Part shown: positions 41,511-52,438 of the stretch, piece after piece
Layout: each line of letters opens with the position of its first letter
How positions within the stretch are numbered: the first letter of the stretch is position 1
DNA from: Rhodanobacter sp.
Lineage (GTDB): Bacteria > Pseudomonadota > Gammaproteobacteria > Xanthomonadales > Rhodanobacteraceae
Length of the DNA stretch: 64,000 bases
NCBI GenBank assembly: GCA_049794535.1
Contig: JBARCX010000199.1
Span: 2,207 to 66,206 of the forward strand
Direction of reading: 5' to 3'
Program-made: the position numbers and the translations under genes
The notes under the pieces: model-generated
The model's input: the letters and a program-made list of their open reading frames with translations, nothing else
The model's database searches: none
Told to the model about the DNA's origin: nothing

Positions 41511-43583
41511 TCACTGCGCCACGCTGCTCAGCGCTACATACGGTTCTTCGTTCGCGGTGGGGTGGTTGATACGCCACGCCTGAATCATCGCCCGTAGTGT
41601 GAACCCGAGCATCACCACGATCAACAACATGAAGATGCCGGTGAGCGCCATGTCCACGTAGTTGTTGGTGATGATCCGCTGCATTTCCGCAGCGGATTTG
41701 GCTGGCGCCAAAAGCTGGCCGTTTTGCATCGACGCCGCATATTTTTGTGCGGCGGCGGTGAAGCTGATCGGGCCGCTGAGTTTTTCCCAACCTGCCGTAA
41801 GCGTACATACGAGCAACCAGATAGCCGGAATGCCCGGTACCAGGACAAAGCGCTCGCGTTTCAGCTTCACGATGACGACGGTTGCCAGCATCAATGCAAT
41901 CGCAGCGAGCATCTGGTTGGCGATGCCAAACAAAGGCCACAGCGTGTTGATGCCGCCGAGCGGGTCGACTGCACCCTGATACAGGAAATAGCCCCACAGG
42001 CCGACGCAGATTGCCGTGGCAAGCAGGTTGCCGGTCCAGGACTCGGTTTCCTGCAGCGGCTTGTGAATCAGCCCAGCAATCTCCTGGATCATGAAACGGC
42101 CCACGCGCGTACCGGCATCCACCGTGGTGAGGATGAACAAGGCCTCGAACAGAATCGCGTAGTGGTACCAGAACGCCATCATGCTTTCGCCAGGGATGAC
42201 GTTATGCAGCAGCTGAGCCATGCCGACGGCCAACGTCGGTGCACCGCCAGCACGACTGAGTATGCTGCTCTCGCCGATGTCCTTGGCGGTCTGCAGTAAC
42301 TCGTTAGGCGTCACTACGAAACCCCATTGGCTGATGGTGGTAGCGGCTTGTTCGACGGTCGTGCCGATCAGTGCGCTGGGCGCATTCATCGCGAAGTACA
42401 CACCTGGATGCAACGACGTGGCAGCGATCAGCGCCATCATCGCCACAAACGCCTCCATCAGCATGCCACCGTAACCGATCAGTCGCGCCTGGCCTTCATT
42501 GGCGAGCAACTTGGGTGTAGTGCCCGAGGCGATGATCGAATGCCAGCCCGATACCGCGCCGCAAGCGATCGTGATGAACAGGAACGGAAACAGATTGCCC
42601 TGGAACACCGGGCCGGTGCCGTCGACGAACTTCGTCACCGCCGGCATTTGCAGTGTCGGCGCAGCGAGGAAGATCGCCAAGGCAAGCAAAGCGATCGTGC
42701 CGATCTTGAGGAAGGTGGAAAGGTAATCGCGTGGTGCCAGCAACAGCCACACCGGCAATACCGAGGCGCAGAAACCGTAGGCAATCAGCAACCAAGCCAG
42801 CGCCTTGGCATCGAAGTCGAACAACGGTGCCATTACCGGCGAAGTGGCCACGTAAGCGCCGTACCAGATCGAGGCCAGCAACAGCACCAGGCCGATCAGC
42901 GATACCTCGAGGATCTTGCCTGGGCGGAACCAGCGCAGATACACACCCATGAGCAGCGCAATCGGAATCGTGCAGGCCACGGTGAACGTACCCCATGGAC
43001 TATGCGTAAGCGCCTTCACCACCACCAAGGCAAGCACCGCCAGCACGATCATCATCAGCACAAGCACGCCGAACATGGCGACCACGCCAGCGACCGGCCC
43101 CAGTTCCTCGCGCAGCATGTGGCCGAGCGAGCGGCCATCGCGGCGTAGCGATAGGCCAAGAATCATGAAGTCTTGCACCGCACCGGCGAATACCACGCCG
43201 AACAGAATCCATAGCGTGCCCGGCAGATAGCCCATCTGCGCGGCCAGCACCGGACCTACCAGTGGGCCTGCGCCCGCAATCGCGGCGAAATGGTGGCCGA
43301 ACACCACCCATTTGTCGGTAGGCACATAGTCGAGGCCATCGTTACGCAGCACCGAGGGAGGGGCACGGGAGGGATCCATGCGTAAGACGGAGTGCTCAAT
43401 GAACTTGCCGTAGAAGCGATAGCCGATCACGAAGACGGCAATCGATGCGGCAACCAGCCAGATCGCGTTGATCGGCTCACCGCGTCGCAGCGCCACCACG
43501 CCGAGGCACCATGCACCAACGATTGCGATAGCCACCCACATAATCTTGGCAGCCGGGCTGGGTTTGAGTGTTGCGCTGTGCAT
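41511..43583 (-). CDS. cstA: carbon starvation protein A (peptide/pyruvate transporter family)
   Basis: About 690 aa polytopic protein with FGHHFAAIAGAGPLVGPVLAAQMGYLPG and HSIIASGTTPK. Start at MHSATLK (cat 43581..43583) with a GGAG RBS. Confidence 0.9.
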   Translation of the reverse strand: MHSATLKPSPAAKIMWVAIAIVGAWCLGVVALRRGEPINAIWLVAASIAVFVIGYRFYGKFIEHSVLRMDPSRAPPSVLRNDGLDYVPTDKWVVFGHHFAAIAGAGPLVGPVLAAQMGYLPGTLWILFGVVFAGAVQDFMILGLSLRRDGRSLGHMLREELGPVAGVVAMFGVLVLMMIVLAVLALVVVKALTHSPWGTFTVACTIPIALLMGVYLRWFRPGKILEVSLIGLVLLLASIWYGAYVATSPVMAPLFDFDAKALAWLLIAYGFCASVLPVWLLLAPRDYLSTFLKIGTIALLALAIFLAAPTLQMPAVTKFVDGTGPVFQGNLFPFLFITIACGAVSGWHSIIASGTTPKLLANEGQARLIGYGGMLMEAFVAMMALIAATSLHPGVYFAMNAPSALIGTTVEQAATTISQWGFVVTPNELLQTAKDIGESSILSRAGGAPTLAVGMAQLLHNVIPGESMMAFWYHYAILFEALFILTTVDAGTRVGRFMIQEIAGLIHKPLQETESWTGNLLATAICVGLWGYFLYQGAVDPLGGINTLWPLFGIANQMLAAIALMLATVVIVKLKRERFVLVPGIPAIWLLVCTLTAGWEKLSGPISFTAAAQKYAASMQNGQLLAPAKSAAEMQRIITNNYVDMALTGIFMLLIVVMLGFTLRAMIQAWRINHPTANEEPYVALSSVAQ

Positions 43584-43817
43584 GTGGGATCTCCCCGGAA
43601 AGTCCATGCAAGGGTCTCGCCGGTTGTGATGGGGGTCAATGCCAGTGAGCTTAGCCATTGGTCGTATGTCATGCATGACAGTAACGTGCACGGGTCCTTA
43701 GGCGGCGCGTACACTGACCGAGCCCAGGCTTAAAGGATCGAGCCTGCGTTGAAACCTTGCATTCACCCGTAGCGACTACCATTACGAATGCATCGCGTTT
43801 GATATCACGAGGCTTGC

Positions 43818-44357
43818 ATGATTCGCGAAATATTGAAGATGGGCGACCCGCGCTTGCTACGCGTAGCGCCTCCGGTGCCCGATGACATGATCGGGACAGC
43901 AGAGCTCGATGCGCTCATCGCCGACATGTTTGACACCATGCACGATGCGGGTGGTGTTGGCCTTGCCGCGCCGCAGATCGGTGTGGATCTGCAACTGGTG
44001 ATCTTCGGCTTCGCCAGTTCCGAGCGCTATCCGGATGCACCCGCCGTGCCGGAGACGATCCTGCTCAATCCGATGATTACGCCCCTGTCGCATGACATGG
44101 AGGAAGGTTGGGAAGGCTGCTTGTCGGTGCCGGGTTTGCGCGGTGCGGTGAACCGTTATTCGCTGATTCGCTACCAGGGTGTCGACCCCAAGGGCGTGCA
44201 GATCGATCGCACCGCGGAGGGTTTCCATGCCCGCGTGGTGCAGCACGAATGCGATCACCTGATTGGACGGCTATATCCGTCGCGCATTACCGACTTCACC
44301 AAGTTCGGCTATACCGAGGTGTTGTTTCCTGACATGGACCCCACTGCCGACGAGTGA
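43818..44357 (+). CDS. def: peptide deformylase (stand-alone, no adjacent fmt)
   Basis: [18 protein letters not shown] and HECDHL motifs. Confidence 0.9.
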   Translation: MIREILKMGDPRLLRVAPPVPDDMIGTAELDALIADMFDTMHDAGGVGLAAPQIGVDLQLVIFGFASSERYPDAPAVPETILLNPMITPLSHDMEEGWEGCLSVPGLRGAVNRYSLIRYQGVDPKGVQIDRTAEGFHARVVQHECDHLIGRLYPSRITDFTKFGYTEVLFPDMDPTADE

Positions 44358-44375
44358 TGCAGTCATGGTCCGGGC

Positions 44376-45602
44376 TCAGTCTGTGATCGCGACGAAGCGT
44401 GTGGGTTCGCGTTGCATCCCATAGCATGTCGCGGTCGCGGCAAAGATCAGAGCGACCAAGCAGACGCCGCGCCAGCCGGCATGCGCCCAGGCGATACCTG
44501 CAACCGCAGAGCCGAGCGCGCCGCCAACGAAGATGACGCCGGTGAATAGGCCGTTGATGCGGCCACGCGCCTCCGGTCGAAGTAGGTTCACGGCACGCCG
44601 TCCGAGGGTGAGGTCGGCGATGGTGCCAGCGTCGAGCAGCAGCGCGGCGATCACCAGCACTGCCAGTCGTGCGGTGGGTGCGGTGAGAACAGGAGTGCCG
44701 CCACCCAACCATGCCAGCAGCATCGCCAGTGCGATACCGATATGCGCCGCGCTCCTTGCCATGCGACTCATACCGCGATCACCCAGCTGACCGGCTAGCG
44801 GTGCACTGATCGCTCCGCTGACACCGGCGAGGGCGAATAGCGCGATGCCGTTCGTGCCCAGTCCGAACGGCGCGGCAGCCAGCCTTAGCGCAACCAGGCT
44901 CCAGAACGCATTGAAGGCGGCGAAACACAGGGCGACCGAGGTTGCATGTCGCCTCAGTATGGGTTCTTCGCGCCATAGCGTGACCAAGGACGAGATTAGC
45001 TCGCCGTAGCGGGCGGGGTGCTGCGGTTGTCGTTGAGGTACGGCTCGCGCCAGCGCAAGCATGAGCATGACGACGGCACCAGCCAGTAGCGCGTAGCTCA
45101 TGCGCCAGCCAAAGCGTCCGGCGATCAGACTGGCCAGTGGGCGCGACAGCATGATCCCAAGCATCATGCCGCTCATGATGTTGCCGATCACGCGACCGCG
45201 TTGAGATTCAGCCGACATCGCGGCGGCCATGGGTATCAACATCTGGATGGCGGTGGCGGTGAGGCCGGTGAAAAAACTCGCTGCGAGAAACACGGCAACG
45301 GGTACCGGGCTGGCGGCAAGTAGCAAGGCCAATGCATTGGCCGCCAGGGTGAATAGAATCAGGCGGCGACTCTCGAAGATGTCACACAGCGGCACCAGCA
45401 GGAACAGACCTGCGGCATAACCCATCAAGGTCAGTGTGCTGACCAGGTCGGCGACGGAGGCGGACAAACCCAGCGAGGTTCCGATCTGGCCTATCAAGGG
45501 CTGTGCCTGATACAGACTCAGCACGATGACGCCTGTGGCCAGCGCAAACAGGCGCACCGGTGGCTGTTCCGTTGATGCGGAGGCGGAGGTGAGGATAGTC
45601 AC
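44376..45602 (-). CDS. MFS transporter
   Basis: 408 aa with 12 hydrophobic segments and an MFS-type loop between TM2 and TM3 (..DIFESRRL..). Confidence 0.75.
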   Translation of the reverse strand: MTILTSASASTEQPPVRLFALATGVIVLSLYQAQPLIGQIGTSLGLSASVADLVSTLTLMGYAAGLFLLVPLCDIFESRRLILFTLAANALALLLAASPVPVAVFLAASFFTGLTATAIQMLIPMAAAMSAESQRGRVIGNIMSGMMLGIMLSRPLASLIAGRFGWRMSYALLAGAVVMLMLALARAVPQRQPQHPARYGELISSLVTLWREEPILRRHATSVALCFAAFNAFWSLVALRLAAAPFGLGTNGIALFALAGVSGAISAPLAGQLGDRGMSRMARSAAHIGIALAMLLAWLGGGTPVLTAPTARLAVLVIAALLLDAGTIADLTLGRRAVNLLRPEARGRINGLFTGVIFVGGALGSAVAGIAWAHAGWRGVCLVALIFAATATCYGMQREPTRFVAITD

Positions 45603-46060
45603 CGCACCGCCTCGCGATAGGCGGCAAGCAGGTCCGGATCTTCAAACGAACCGTGGTGATGCACTTGCCGCCATGTGCCATCGATGCGGCGGTATAGACG
45701 GCTGGTACGTATGGCCAGTTCAAGTTTCGTATTGCCGCTTTCCAGTGAGCCATGCTCGCGGCCTACCGCATAAAAAAGATCTTCGGTTTCATGCAGCGTG
45801 TAATCGTGGAATGCGACCTGCACACGAGCCTTGCCGTTAAAGATACGCTCGTACACCGTGCGTATCGCCGGCCAACCTCGCATGATGCCGCCCAGCGGAT
45901 TACTCATCGATACCTCCTCATGATTCGCCCAGTTGCGCGCCATGGCATCCATGTCGCGTTGATTGAATGCGCGATAGAACCCGGCCAGGGCCGCGATGGG
46001 CTGAGATGGATCGTGGCCGACGTCGTGGCCGTCGATGACGGAAGGAAGTAGGGCCGACAT
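45599..46060 (-). CDS. SnoaL-like / NTF2-fold protein
   Basis: 153 aa. FYRAFNQRDMDAMARNW.. is typical of SnoaL/ketosteroid-isomerase-like domains. The stop overlaps the MFS start by 4 nt. Confidence 0.55.
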   Translation of the reverse strand: MSALLPSVIDGHDVGHDPSQPIAALAGFYRAFNQRDMDAMARNWANHEEVSMSNPLGGIMRGWPAIRTVYERIFNGKARVQVAFHDYTLHETEDLFYAVGREHGSLESGNTKLELAIRTSRLYRRIDGTWRQVHHHGSFEDPDLLAAYREAVR

Positions 46061-46180
46061 GCAAATCTCCTCGAAGTCGGACGGCTATAGCCCGATGCCA
46101 GACATTCTTCGCTGACATCGAATGCGAGAGAATACGAACTGAGATAGATTGATAATCTCGATAAGCGGGATAATCAGCTC

Positions 46181-47077
46181 ATGGCTAGCCTGGACGACTA
46201 TCAGGTCTTCATTGCGGTGGTGGAGCAGGGCAACCTCAGTGCGGCTGCGCGCTATCTGCACCGTTCATTACAGGCCGTAAGCCGCTCGTTGGCCTCGCTG
46301 GAGCGGGAGCTTGGCGTCGAGCTGATCCAGCGCACCACCCGTCGCGCGCAGCCCAGTGCTTTGGGCTTGGCTTTCCATGCGCGGATCAAGACGGTGCTGG
46401 CAGACATCGATCTGGCGCGTTCGGAGTTGGCTGAACATGGCGGTCGTATCGATGGCACGCTGCGTATCGGCAGCTCGACGCAGTTCAGTGCGCCGCACCT
46501 CGTGCCGGTGGTTGCTGCCTTTATGGAGCGCTACCCCGATGTAACCGTGGAGTTGGTGGTGGCCGATCACCATGCCGATCTGCAGCGCGAAAAACTGGAT
46601 GCCGCGATCAGACTGGGCGAACTACCTGACACGCGGCTGCATGCGCGTCAGCTCAGCATGTTGCGGCAGGTGACCGTGGGCGCACCGGGGTATTTCGCCA
46701 AACACGGCCGGCCACGTGTGCCAGCAGATCTACGACACCATGTGTGTGTTGTTCGCCGTTCCGCCAATGATGCACAGCGCTGGAGTTATCAACGTGCCGG
46801 CAAACAGCAGCCGGTCGACGTCCATGGCCGTTTCAGCGCGGATAACGCAGCTGCTTGCAATGCAGCCGTAGCGGCAGGGTTAGGTATTGGGGTGGCCGCG
46901 TTATGGCAGGTGCGCAGCCTGCTCGATCAGGGGCGGCTCGAGCAGGTGCTGGAATCCTGGCAGCTGCCTGCGCTGCCAGTACACGTCGTGTGGTCACCAA
47001 CCAAACAACTTCCCGCCCGTACGCGCGCGTTCATCGATTTCGTCGCGGCGCGTTGGGCGGTCGAACCGCCGGGATGA
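46181..47077 (+). CDS. LysR family transcriptional regulator
   Basis: N-terminal HTH (FIAVVEQGNLSAAARYLHRSLQAVSRSLASLE) and a LysR substrate-binding domain. Divergent from the SnoaL-MFS pair. Confidence 0.88.
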   Translation: MASLDDYQVFIAVVEQGNLSAAARYLHRSLQAVSRSLASLERELGVELIQRTTRRAQPSALGLAFHARIKTVLADIDLARSELAEHGGRIDGTLRIGSSTQFSAPHLVPVVAAFMERYPDVTVELVVADHHADLQREKLDAAIRLGELPDTRLHARQLSMLRQVTVGAPGYFAKHGRPRVPADLRHHVCVVRRSANDAQRWSYQRAGKQQPVDVHGRFSADNAAACNAAVAAGLGIGVAALWQVRSLLDQGRLEQVLESWQLPALPVHVVWSPTKQLPARTRAFIDFVAARWAVEPPG

Positions 47078-47113
47078 TGCCCCTCTCCCTTCGGGAGAGG
47101 GGTTATCCATTAC

Positions 47114-47944
47114 TCAAACCGGCTGCGGATGCAGCATGAACCAGCCGAGAAACACGACACCTGCGATCACGCAGTAAACCCCAAAGGTTGCCAGTCGACC
47201 GCGCCCTTCGAAGTAGTGCATTAGAAAGCGGATGCTCAGCCACGCGGCGATCGCTGTCAGCACGCCGCCAAGGAGTGCGTCAGTGAGCTGGCCCGGGGTA
47301 TGGAAAAGCTTCGGCACTTCGAGCAGGCCAGCGGCGAGGATGATCGGCGTGCCAAGCAGGAATGAGAACTCGGCAGCCTTCGCCGTGGTGAGTCCAACGG
47401 CACTGCCCGCGATCATCGTCAGGCCACTACGTGAAAAGCCTGGAATCAGTGCGCCGATCTGCGCCAACCCAACCAGGAAAGCCTGTCGGAATGTGAGCTT
47501 CTCCGGCGGCTGATGCGCACGTGCGCGTTGCAGGCGGTCGCCAAACCACAGCAACACACCATTGACGATCAGTGCGGCTGCGATGATGCGCAAATCATGG
47601 AACACGCGCTCGATGCGATGTTCCAGCAGCAGACCGACTAAGCCAGCCGGAATCGTGCCGATGATCAATGCCCACATCATGTGGCCATCCTCGTTGCGGC
47701 GTCCGGCGAGTGAGCCGAAAAAGCCCTGGATCAGCGCAACCCAGCGTTGGCGGAAGTACCACAACAGCGCAAATGCGGTGCCCAAGTGCAGTGAAACGAG
47801 AAAGGGCAACAGTTGCGGTGCATGCTCGTCGATGTGCATGCCAAACAGCGCGGGAACCAGCAGTGTGTGGCCAAGGCTGCTGACGGGAAACAGCTCGGTA
47901 ACGCCTTGCAAAATGCTCAAAAAGATCAAAAACCAAAGACTCAC
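47114..47944 (-). CDS. uppP: undecaprenyl-diphosphate phosphatase
   Basis: [13 protein letters not shown] and [13 protein letters not shown] motifs. Start placed at the GTG (VSLWFLIF), giving about 276 aa. The 90-aa upstream extension of the ORF is not UppP-like. Confidence 0.85.
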   Translation of the reverse strand: MSLWFLIFLSILQGVTELFPVSSLGHTLLVPALFGMHIDEHAPQLLPFLVSLHLGTAFALLWYFRQRWVALIQGFFGSLAGRRNEDGHMMWALIIGTIPAGLVGLLLEHRIERVFHDLRIIAAALIVNGVLLWFGDRLQRARAHQPPEKLTFRQAFLVGLAQIGALIPGFSRSGLTMIAGSAVGLTTAKAAEFSFLLGTPIILAAGLLEVPKLFHTPGQLTDALLGGVLTAIAAWLSIRFLMHYFEGRGRLATFGVYCVIAGVVFLGWFMLHPQPV

Positions 47945-48374
47945 GCGCAGTTCCTTTGTGTGGTGATTAAGTAGGTCGTGATTAAACAATTCATGGGCGG
48001 TCGGAGCATGGCGAGGCGCCTTGCCTGCTGCTCGATATGCAGAACCACCGCCATTATCGCCGTTCACAGCGAGGGATATGTTTACATGGGGAAAATGTCG
48101 GCTTTGGCTCCAGCAGATGCTGGGGCGGCGTACGCCGGAGCGACGAGCCTCGGGCCTCGTAATCCCGGCATTGATCTGCTGCGCTGGCCTGGCGATTGTG
48201 TTGGTGGTGTTCAATCACCTCGGTCTGCGTATTTCACTGAAAGCCATGGCATTGGCGAGTGTGTTGCATCGTGCCGACGTCCTTCGGGCAAGTCCAACTG
48301 TGACGGAAATACACGCACTGAACGTTACTAGGCGTAGTCTGTAGGGACCGATATCGGTGGGGAAGGGCGCTACG

Positions 48375-48632
48375 ATGAAGAAAGAAGACGGGAAGCACGT
48401 GCACATCGTTTCAGCCGATATCAGCTCGGAGTCGTTGAGCGGCATGGTTATTTTTCGGCCGCACTACATAAACCGCACGGGACATGATGCACCGGTTGCC
48501 ACCGAGATCGGGCACTGGTTTGCGTTGCGCCCGAGCGAGGTACGCAGCTTTGCGCGTGCGTTACTGGATGCAGCTGACGCAGTAGATCAGCGGACCAAGG
48601 CCTTGCAGGCCGCGCGTCCCGCCAACGGGTGA
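48375..48632 (+). CDS. hypothetical small protein
   Basis: 85 aa from MKKEDGKHVHIV. Weak GAAGGG RBS. No recognised family. Followed by REP units. Confidence 0.35.
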   Translation: MKKEDGKHVHIVSADISSESLSGMVIFRPHYINRTGHDAPVATEIGHWFALRPSEVRSFARALLDAADAVDQRTKALQAARPANG

Positions 48633-48654
48633 GTCTGGATTGACTCCGCGCTTT

Positions 48655-48747
48655 GTAGGTTGGGCGGACCCCGGACTTGATCCGGGGGATACCCAACATC
48701 ACGGGCGATCATTGGCGTTGGGGTTCGCAGGCTCACCGCCAACCTAC
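48655..48747. repeat. REP-like unit pair (same family as 258..403)
   Basis: gtaggttgggcgg..gatacccaac at 48655..48697, containing the inner hairpin ccccgga/tccgggg. Inverted gttggggttcgcaggctcaccgccaacctac at 48717..48747. Confidence 0.8.
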
Positions 48748-48804
48748 GTGAGCGTTATCGCCAACATCATCGCGCGTTGATGATGGCGGTCGAGGTCGAG
48801 AACC

Positions 48805-49809
48805 TCAGATCTCTAGCAAATCATGACCCACGATCAAACGTCCTTTGAAATATGGCGCTACGGCTGCGCGCCACACGTCATCGGATATCGGCGGGTAGCC
48901 GCCAGGTACGAAGTGCGAAAGCACCAGCGTTTTCACCCCAGCTTCGGTAGCGATACGGCCCACCTGTTCGGTGGTGGTATGGCTGGCGAGCAGATGTTCG
49001 CGCAGGCGTTTGGCGTTCGGCTCGGTGGCGATCAGCTTATCCAGCGCGGGTAGGTACATCACCTCATGCACCAGTACATCGGCGCCACGTGCGAGCGCCA
49101 CCAGATTTTCGGAGGGCCGCGTGTCGCCGGAGAACACGATGGAGCGGGGAGGTTGGTCGCGACCGTGGCAATCGAAGCGATAGGCAAAGGCCGGCGTTAC
49201 CGGTGGATGCTGGACTAGCGCAGCGGTGACTTTCACACGCTCGTCGTGCATCACCACGCCGGGCTGGGTGATTTCATGCGGCGCGATCAATGGAGCGAGC
49301 GGCGGCCGTCCCTCATCGGCAATCCGCGTGCGGATGTCGTAGTCGTTCATTTCCAGAAACAGCTTCGTCATCTCGATCAGCGGCGGCGGTCCCCACGTAT
49401 CGACGCGTGTGTGCAGCTTTGCCGCCCAGGCCAACCACAGCAGGTTGCCGTAGTCGGCATTGTGATCGGAGTGTTGATGCGTGATGAAGACGTTGCGAAT
49501 TGCGCCGAGATCGAGTCCGGCCTTTACCATCTGTCGTGCAACGCCGTTGCCGCAGTCGATCACGTAGATCACGCCGTCGATCACGATGGCATTGGCGGGT
49601 GCGGAGCGATCCACCTTGGGTGTCGGTCCACCCGCGGTGCCAAGCAGGATCAGGCGAGTGCGCGATGCGGGCGCGCCATTGCTTGTAAAAAGCGGGCTGG
49701 CAAGCAACGGGAAAGGGCAGGCCGCTGCTGCCAATGACAGGCCAGCGGCTTGGAGCAACCGGCGACGTGAGTAATCAACCGGACTGCCGTTATTGACGAA
49801 TGTGCGCAT
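48805..49809 (-). CDS. Tat-exported MBL-fold metallo-hydrolase
   Basis: Twin-arginine leader SRRRLLQAAGLSLAAAA and the HxHxDH motif (THQHSDHNADYG). Confidence 0.75.
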   Translation of the reverse strand: MRTFVNNGSPVDYSRRRLLQAAGLSLAAAACPFPLLASPLFTSNGAPASRTRLILLGTAGGPTPKVDRSAPANAIVIDGVIYVIDCGNGVARQMVKAGLDLGAIRNVFITHQHSDHNADYGNLLWLAWAAKLHTRVDTWGPPPLIEMTKLFLEMNDYDIRTRIADEGRPPLAPLIAPHEITQPGVVMHDERVKVTAALVQHPPVTPAFAYRFDCHGRDQPPRSIVFSGDTRPSENLVALARGADVLVHEVMYLPALDKLIATEPNAKRLREHLLASHTTTEQVGRIATEAGVKTLVLSHFVPGGYPPISDDVWRAAVAPYFKGRLIVGHDLLEI

Positions 49810-49885
49810 ACATCGCCTCGATGGTTCGAGGGTCGACTATGTCGCGAGCAAAAGAGTGAGTAAAGCGACGGTTTGTACGAGACGA

Positions 49886-50701
49886 TCAGTGGCGATAGCG
49901 ATTGATCGTGTCACGCAGTTCCAGCGTGGCAGCACGCGCAGCTTGTGCGAAATCCTCACCGCTTCCCGCGTAAAGAATCGCACGCGAGGAACTGATCATC
50001 AGGCCATTGCCGTTCGCTGTGCGGCCGTTACGGACGACAGCCTCGACATCGCCACCCTGCGCGCCAATGCCAGGCACTAGCAACGGCACGTCGCCGACTA
50101 ACGCACGCACCTCAGCCAACTGTTCTGGCCAGGTAGCGCCGGTGACCAGTGCGCAATTGCCGTGCGTGTTCCAGTCGCGCGCGATGATCTGCGCTACATG
50201 CTGATAGAGCGGTTTGCCACCCACATCGAGATCTTGCAGGTCGGCTGCACCCGGGTTGGAGGTGTGGCAGAGCAGGATCACGCCCTTGTCGGCGCGATCA
50301 AGAAACGGTTGCACCGAGTCACGACCGAGGTATGGATTCAACGTCACCGCGTCTGCACCGTAGCGATCGAATGCCTCGGTGACGTAGTGCTGCGCCGTGC
50401 TGCCGATATCGCCGCGCTTGGCATCCAGAATCACCGGTACACCCGGATGCTTCTCGTGGATGTGCGCAATCAGCCGCTCCAGCGCATCTTCGGCACGCAA
50501 CGCAGCGAAATGCGCGATCTGTGGTTTGAATGAGCAGACGAGGTCGGCAGTGGCATCCACGATAGCCGCACAGAATTCGAACACGGCGTCCGGGTGCTGG
50601 CGCAGCACTGCCGGGAAGCGCGAGGGTTCCGGATCGAGTCCGACGCAGACCAGTGAATTGTGTTGCTGCCAAAGCGTGGACAGGGCGTCGTGGAAGCGCA
50701 T
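49886..50701 (-). CDS. pyrF: orotidine-5'-phosphate decarboxylase (type 2)
   Basis: 271 aa with [28 protein letters not shown] and [10 protein letters not shown]. Confidence 0.9.
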   Translation of the reverse strand: MRFHDALSTLWQQHNSLVCVGLDPEPSRFPAVLRQHPDAVFEFCAAIVDATADLVCSFKPQIAHFAALRAEDALERLIAHIHEKHPGVPVILDAKRGDIGSTAQHYVTEAFDRYGADAVTLNPYLGRDSVQPFLDRADKGVILLCHTSNPGAADLQDLDVGGKPLYQHVAQIIARDWNTHGNCALVTGATWPEQLAEVRALVGDVPLLVPGIGAQGGDVEAVVRNGRTANGNGLMISSSRAILYAGSGEDFAQAARAATLELRDTINRYRH

Positions 50702-50815
50702 GCGGAGACCTTCGCGGGTGAATGGCGTGGTGTTGTCCGCCTATTCTAGCGTGCGCTATGGTCCATGCGTTTGGCCATGCGGCGCTAACGTAAGCATCCA
50801 CACAGGATTTGGGGC

Positions 50816-52375
50816 ATGAAAGACAAAACCGTATCCACGTCACGGCGTCATTTTCTGCGTGCGGCGGGGGCATTCACGGCTGGCGTGGCGACGCTGCCAT
50901 TGCTCGCGATCGGGCCAGCGCTTGCCGATGGTATGCAGGCAAACAGTATGCAAAGCGGTGTGGCGATGCTCAGGCTCAAGCCAGGCATGCCGGGCGCGAA
51001 AGTCTCGGAGCAGTTGATCGGGCTCAGTTATGAAACGCTGCAATTGCGGAACCCCGATTTCTTTTCGCGCAAGAACGAGGCGCTGATCGGCTTTCTTCGG
51101 CAATTGAATCCGCACGGTGTGCTGCGCATCGGCGGCAATACCAGCGATTTTTCAGTGTGGAGCGAATACCAAGGCAAGTTGCCGGTGTTCGAGAACAAGC
51201 CGGGTGTCGTATTCAAGCGGCCCTATCTGGTTACCCCGCAACAGCTTGCCAATCTCGCGGATTTTCTGCGTGCCACAGGATGGCGTCTGATCTTTGGCGT
51301 CAATCTGAAAATAGATAACCCGGAGATGGCCGCCCAACTCGCCGAAGCCGTACACAAGGCGGTGGGTGAGCATCTGCTGGCCATCCAGATCGGTAACGAG
51401 CCAAACGATTTTCCGCACGTCGGGGGCACCTATTTCAGCTACGACGAATACATCCAGGCCTGGCAGCGCAGCGCACAGGCAATTCGCAAGGCCGTCTCCG
51501 TACCCATCGCCGGGCCGGATACTGGCGCCAATACGGATTGGGTGCTGCGCTTTGCTGAGCAGGTGCCAGACATCGTGGCAGTGAGTCGCCACTATTACCG
51601 CGGCGGCGCGATGGATCCGACGACCAGCATCGCCGAGCTGCTTTCGGGCGATCCGCAGTTCTTCAAGGAAGCCGCGCAAATCTCACAGGTCGCTGGCAAG
51701 CGGCAGCTGCCGTTCTATCTGAGCGAAGCCAATTCGTATTGGTCGGGCGGCAAGCTGGGCGTCAGCAATACGTTTGCTTCCGCACTATGGGGCGGCGATT
51801 TTGCGCTGGCGTCGGCCAAGGCCGGTGTCCACGGGATCAATATTCACTCGGGCATGCTGTCCGTGCTGGAAGCGTCGCTGGATAAAAACGTCGATGCCGC
51901 CGCTGGCAGTGGCAGTTACAAAGATCGACTCGATGCGATCAGCGGTAGATATAGCCCGATTGCTGGCGACTTCGGCCTCGGCTTTTACGCGCGACCGCTG
52001 TATTACGGCTTGTTGCTTGCGCAGCAGTTCGGTGGTGCGCAGTTCATCGATACTGAGTTGACCGCGAATGGTGCAAATCTCACCGCTTATGCGGCGGACA
52101 AGCAGGGGCGTCGCCTGGTCGCTCTGTTCAATAAAGATCTACAACGCGATATGGATCTGCGTGTGGAGCTCGGCAAGACGGCGACGCGTGCGCAGATATG
52201 GCGCATGCAGGCGCGTTCATTGGAGGAGGTTCACGAGGTGACCTTGGCCGGCAGTGAGGTCGACAAGGACGGGCATTGGGCGCCGAAGGAAGTGGAGGCC
52301 GCACAGCTGGCGGGAGACCACTTCACCATCCATCTGCCGCGCGGGAGCGCGGCATTGGCATTTATCGAAGCGTAG
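50816..52375 (+). CDS. Tat-exported glycoside hydrolase, GH79-like (beta-glucuronidase/heparanase-like)
   Basis: Leader SRRHFLRAAGAFTAG. (beta/alpha)8-type blocks LRIGGNTSD, IQIGNEPN (candidate acid/base) and YLSEANS (candidate nucleophile). Family assignment is from memory. Confidence 0.5.
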   Translation: MKDKTVSTSRRHFLRAAGAFTAGVATLPLLAIGPALADGMQANSMQSGVAMLRLKPGMPGAKVSEQLIGLSYETLQLRNPDFFSRKNEALIGFLRQLNPHGVLRIGGNTSDFSVWSEYQGKLPVFENKPGVVFKRPYLVTPQQLANLADFLRATGWRLIFGVNLKIDNPEMAAQLAEAVHKAVGEHLLAIQIGNEPNDFPHVGGTYFSYDEYIQAWQRSAQAIRKAVSVPIAGPDTGANTDWVLRFAEQVPDIVAVSRHYYRGGAMDPTTSIAELLSGDPQFFKEAAQISQVAGKRQLPFYLSEANSYWSGGKLGVSNTFASALWGGDFALASAKAGVHGINIHSGMLSVLEASLDKNVDAAAGSGSYKDRLDAISGRYSPIAGDFGLGFYARPLYYGLLLAQQFGGAQFIDTELTANGANLTAYAADKQGRRLVALFNKDLQRDMDLRVELGKTATRAQIWRMQARSLEEVHEVTLAGSEVDKDGHWAPKEVEAAQLAGDHFTIHLPRGSAALAFIEA

Positions 52376-52393
52376 TGTCGAAGGGCGGCGAAC

Positions 52394-52427
52394 CTTCTTC
52401 CCTCCCCATGGCTGAGGAGGGAAGAAG
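52394..52427. terminator. hairpin between convergent GH79-like gene and ettA
   Basis: Perfect 12-bp stem cttcttccctcc/ggagggaagaag with a 10-nt loop. No clear U-run. Confidence 0.45.
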
Positions 52428-52438
52428 TGTAAATCCGA

